Assembly (NCBI GenBank): GCA_018883865.1 | Contig: JAHLFI010000092.1 | Coordinates: 7,760 to 39,759 of the forward strand | DNA length: 32,000 nt | Reading direction: 5' to 3' | Source: Candidatus Oceanisphaera merdipullorum | Lineage (GTDB): Bacteria; Pseudomonadota; Gammaproteobacteria; Enterobacterales; Aeromonadaceae | Shown here: positions 29,430-32,000 of the stretch, piece by piece | Numbering within the stretch: position 1 is the stretch's first letter | Layout: each line of letters starts with the position of its first letter | Made by a program: the position numbers and the translations under genes | Notes under the pieces: model-generated | Database searches by the model: none | The model's input: only the letters and a program-made list of their open reading frames with translations | What the model was told of the DNA's origin: nothing

Positions 29430-30055
29430 TCAGTACACTCAGCCAAATAGTTACGCAAGGCGGCTACAAATACGCCGGCAGATTGCACGTCGATTAAAAA
29501 AGCCAAATAACCTTGTAGGTCACGCTGGCGCAAGCTGAATTCAATTTGCACCAACATGATAAAAGAGGTGTTGTCTGTATCCTCCTGCAAGGATAAGCGA
29601 CTTAATAAGTGTGGCGTAGCTACATTAAATACGTGGGGTAACTCGGTTTGTATTTCGTGATGTAATAAATTGGCCAAGGTTGCCAAGCAATTATTGAGCA
29701 AAATATTACCGAGCTCGGCTAGGGTTTCTTGCTCTAATTCGGAGATTTCATCGGCGGACATGTCTCCCCCGAGAATAGCCCGCACTAACTCTAAACTGCG
29801 ATCTTCGGGAAACAATAAGGCGGCGCGCCCTGTCATAAAACCGCTGAAGTCTTGCATCACGCCCGCCAATAAACGGGGTAAATAAGCACAAAAGCTGTCA
29901 CTGGCTTCGGCTGGATGTAAAAATTGCAACTCAGGCACAGATAACAATACTTCATCTTGTACCATCTGCGACAAAGCATTGGCCGCCCGACCAATGCCAA
30001 TATTCATCAGCTCGACCACCACATCGTGCTCGTCTGTGTTTAACAAACGGCTCAT
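29426..30055 (-). CDS. CheC-like (CheC/CheX/FliY family) CheY-P phosphatase homologue
   Basis: 209 aa. Both [D/S]xxxExxN-x22-P motifs are present: D11VVVELMN18 followed by 22 residues then P41, and ETLAELGN followed by 22 residues then P. It has ATGA overlaps with both neighbouring genes. Confidence 0.75.
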   Translation of the reverse strand: MSRLLNTDEHDVVVELMNIGIGRAANALSQMVQDEVLLSVPELQFLHPAEASDSFCAYLPRLLAGVMQDFSGFMTGRAALLFPEDRSLELVRAILGGDMSADEISELEQETLAELGNILLNNCLATLANLLHHEIQTELPHVFNVATPHLLSRLSLQEDTDNTSFIMLVQIEFSLRQRDLQGYLAFLIDVQSAGVFVAALRNYLAECTE

Positions 30056-30423
30056 ATAGTGACGCCCAAGAAACGGGCTAAAGCATCCAAATTAGCGGGC
30101 TTGGCTAAAAATGTCATGCCTAAGGCTTCGGCGCGATCCACCAACGGCTGCTGAATGTTTGCGGTCACCAGTGCCATTTTCATGCTCGGATGACTTTCGC
30201 TAAACTCGGCCGCCAACACCAAACCATCGCGGCCTGGCATATTAAAGTCAATTAAGGCCACATCCGCTTGGCGCTCTTGCATCAATGTTTGGGCTTCATC
30301 GGCAGAGGCGGCTTGTAAGATCTCAAATTCGCGCGGCAAGCTGTTTATTTGACGCATTAGGCTGAGGCGCGCCACTCGGCTGTCATCGACCAAAAGCAGT
30401 GTTTGAATGTTGGCATCAATCAT
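30052..30423 (-). CDS. Stand-alone CheY-like response regulator receiver
   Basis: 123 aa with D13-D14, phospho-acceptor D59 (LIDFNMPG), T87 and K108 (AKP). Confidence 0.9.
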   Translation of the reverse strand: MIDANIQTLLLVDDSRVARLSLMRQINSLPREFEILQAASADEAQTLMQERQADVALIDFNMPGRDGLVLAAEFSESHPSMKMALVTANIQQPLVDRAEALGMTFLAKPANLDALARFLGVTI

Positions 30424-30430
30424 AATTGAG

Positions 30431-30472
30431 TTCCGAATAATGGATTCCGAATAATGGATTCCGAATAACGAG
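30431..30472 (-). repeat. Three tandem 14-bp repeats in the leader of the receiver/CheC/DGC operon
   Basis: On the plus strand: TTCCGAATAATGGA x2 (perfect), then TTCCGAATAACGAG. The repeats end 7 nt upstream of the receiver start codon. Confidence 0.9.
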
Positions 30473-30696
30473 CTCCAAATGAGAGCATAATAAACCGTAT
30501 TATAATGAAAACCCTGACTTTTTACATGGATAGCTGTGATTAGTTAGCCAAAATCACGACTGGGGCACATATGCCTTATCATCCTGCATAGCCGCTCCTC
30601 TAACACAGCTTATTTGCTAGGCATCTTTGCTGGTGAGTGGCGTAAATCTGTCGTAGTATCAGCGCTAACCTGCAAATTTATGATACGGAAATTTCA

Positions 30697-32000
30697 TTGG
30701 TTGACTCTGCACCGCCTTCAACTAGTCAGTATTCTACGCCTCACAAGTCGCTTAACGTTTCTCGACGTAGACTACGCGTTTGTCATGAATGCGACCTTGT
30801 GCTGGCGCTACCGCGCTTAAAAAATGGTGAAAAAGCCGAATGCCCTCGCTGCCAACATACCTTGGTGCGCAGACGCACCAATCCAGCGGAACGCAGCCTT
30901 GCCTTGGCGCTCGCCACCTTAGTGACCTTAGTATTATCGGTCGCCTTCCCATTTTTAAGCTTTAATATCAACGGCATTGGTAATGGCATAGCACTTACCG
31001 ACACCGCTTCTGCACTCATGAGTCTGCATTATCCGCTGATTGCCCTGAGCGTGCTGTTAACCGTGATCATACTGCCCGGCTTGTACCTGTGCAGTTTGCT
31101 GTGGTTGTGTATAGGCATGACACAAAACAACTTGCTGCCCCACAGCCAGCGCATCGCCCGCACCTTGGGTTACATCACGCCGTGGATGATGGCCGACGTG
31201 TTCGTGATTGGCACCCTAGTGAGTCTGATCAAAATCATCGGCATCGCTGATATTGAACTGGGGCTGTCGTTTTGGACCTTTTGTGCCTACGCCCTCTTAT
31301 TGTTACTCACCAGCCAATCGGTAGACCGCGACTGGCTCTGGCAACAGCTAGACCCAGAACCCAAGGCTCCTTCGCAGGTGCAACTCGGCTATTCGGCATC
31401 CTTACAAGGCTTAGCCGGCTGTGATATCTGTGGGTTAGTTAATCGGCTCCCGACGAGTACAACCGCGGAAGCAAAACCGGTTAAAGTGAGTTGCGTGCGC
31501 TGTGGCGAGCCCTTGCATCCTTATAAAGGTGTTAATAATCAGGCTACCTTAGCGCTATTATTCGCCGCTATTGTGATGTACCTACCCGCCAACCTCTATC
31601 CCATTATGACCACGACCTCCTTAGGCGATGTTCAGGCTTCCACTATTATTGGCGGTGTGCTGTTATTCTTTAAAACTGGCGACTGGCCCATCGCGCTGAT
31701 TATTTTAACGGCCAGCGTTATCGTGCCTGTATCTAAGATGCTGGCGCTATTATGGCTCTGCTATATAGTGCGCCAACCCAAGTCCATGCTTAGCCCTTTA
31801 AATCGTATTCGCCTGTATCGGATTACCGAGTTCATTGGCCGCTGGTCTATGGTGGATGTATTTGTGGTGGCCATTTTGGTGGCCTTGATCCGCAATGGGT
31901 CTGTAATGTCGGTGGAACCCGGTGCCGCAGCGCTGTCGTTCACTCTCGTCGTGATCCTCACCATGCTGGCCGCTATTTTATTTGATCCGCGCAGCATTTG
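30697..32000 (+). CDS. pqiA: Paraquat-inducible protein A (PqiA), 5' portion; the 3' end lies outside the window
   Basis: The frame-1 translation is open to the window end. Both PqiA half-repeats are present: CHECDLVLALPRLKNGEKAECPRC and CDICGL..CVRCGEPL, each followed by TM segments, and FIGRWSMVDVFVVAIL as in E. coli. There is no in-frame ATG upstream of the first CxxC. A TTG at 30697 with GGAA 6 nt upstream is the only canonical start. Confidence 0.8.
   Translation, partial: MVDSAPPSTSQYSTPHKSLNVSRRRLRVCHECDLVLALPRLKNGEKAECPRCQHTLVRRRTNPAERSLALALATLVTLVLSVAFPFLSFNINGIGNGIALTDTASALMSLHYPLIALSVLLTVIILPGLYLCSLLWLCIGMTQNNLLPHSQRIARTLGYITPWMMADVFVIGTLVSLIKIIGIADIELGLSFWTFCAYALLLLLTSQSVDRDWLWQQLDPEPKAPSQVQLGYSASLQGLAGCDICGLVNRLPTSTTAEAKPVKVSCVRCGEPLHPYKGVNNQATLALLFAAIVMYLPANLYPIMTTTSLGDVQASTIIGGVLLFFKTGDWPIALIILTASVIVPVSKMLALLWLCYIVRQPKSMLSPLNRIRLYRITEFIGRWSMVDVFVVAILVALIRNGSVMSVEPGAAALSFTLVVILTMLAAILFDPRSI

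Noticed and set aside
30614-30820. A 68-aa + strand ORF upstream of and overlapping the pqiA 5' end.
   Set aside because: It has no recognisable similarity, and it overlaps the PqiA frame, which carries the conserved CxxC...CxxC motif. It is probably spurious, unless pqiA is frameshifted (see the pqiA finding).
30853-30863. The minus-strand 11-mer GTATGTTGGCA, identical to the tus-proximal Ter-like element.
   Set aside because: It lies inside pqiA coding sequence (R-C-Q-H-T) and diverges completely after position 16. It also has the opposite polarity, which is incompatible with a fork trap when paired with the site at 23266. I kept it only as a caveat in the related finding.

Overview
This looks like a gammaproteobacterial chromosomal core region, about 50% GC by eye, with gene content and order typical of Alteromonadales/Aeromonadales (inference). 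From left to right it contains:
- the 3' end of a SpoVR/YcgB-family gene
- fadR, dsbB, ycgN-ycgM-ycgL, minCDE, rnd, fadD, tsaB and yoaA
- a KefB/C-type CPA2 K+ efflux gene
- an orphan TAXI-type lipoprotein whose two halves are in swapped order (circular permutation)
- the complete attenuator-controlled hisGDCBHAFI operon
- tus (replication terminus protein) and aspC
- a methyl-accepting chemotaxis protein (MCP)
- a translationally coupled operon encoding a CheY-like receiver, a CheC-like phosphatase and a PAS-PAS-GAF-GGDEF cyclase
- the 5' part of pqiA

I recognised no rRNA, tRNA, CRISPR array, transposase, integrase or defence island. Most of the window is ordinary housekeeping DNA.

Five things deserve a second look:
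1. The CheY/CheC/diguanylate cyclase module, which has a triple 14-bp repeat in its leader.
2. The permuted TAXI lipoprotein.
3. The Tus homologue, together with a near-perfect Ter core inside fadD and a weaker Ter-like site over the tus ribosome-binding site.
4. A dif-like Xer site in the his-tus spacer, with a perfect XerD arm but a 7-bp spacer.
5. A statistically unexpected pair of AGTCGC-N9/10-GCGACT inverted repeats.

All homology statements come from recalled family sequences and motifs, not from database searches.
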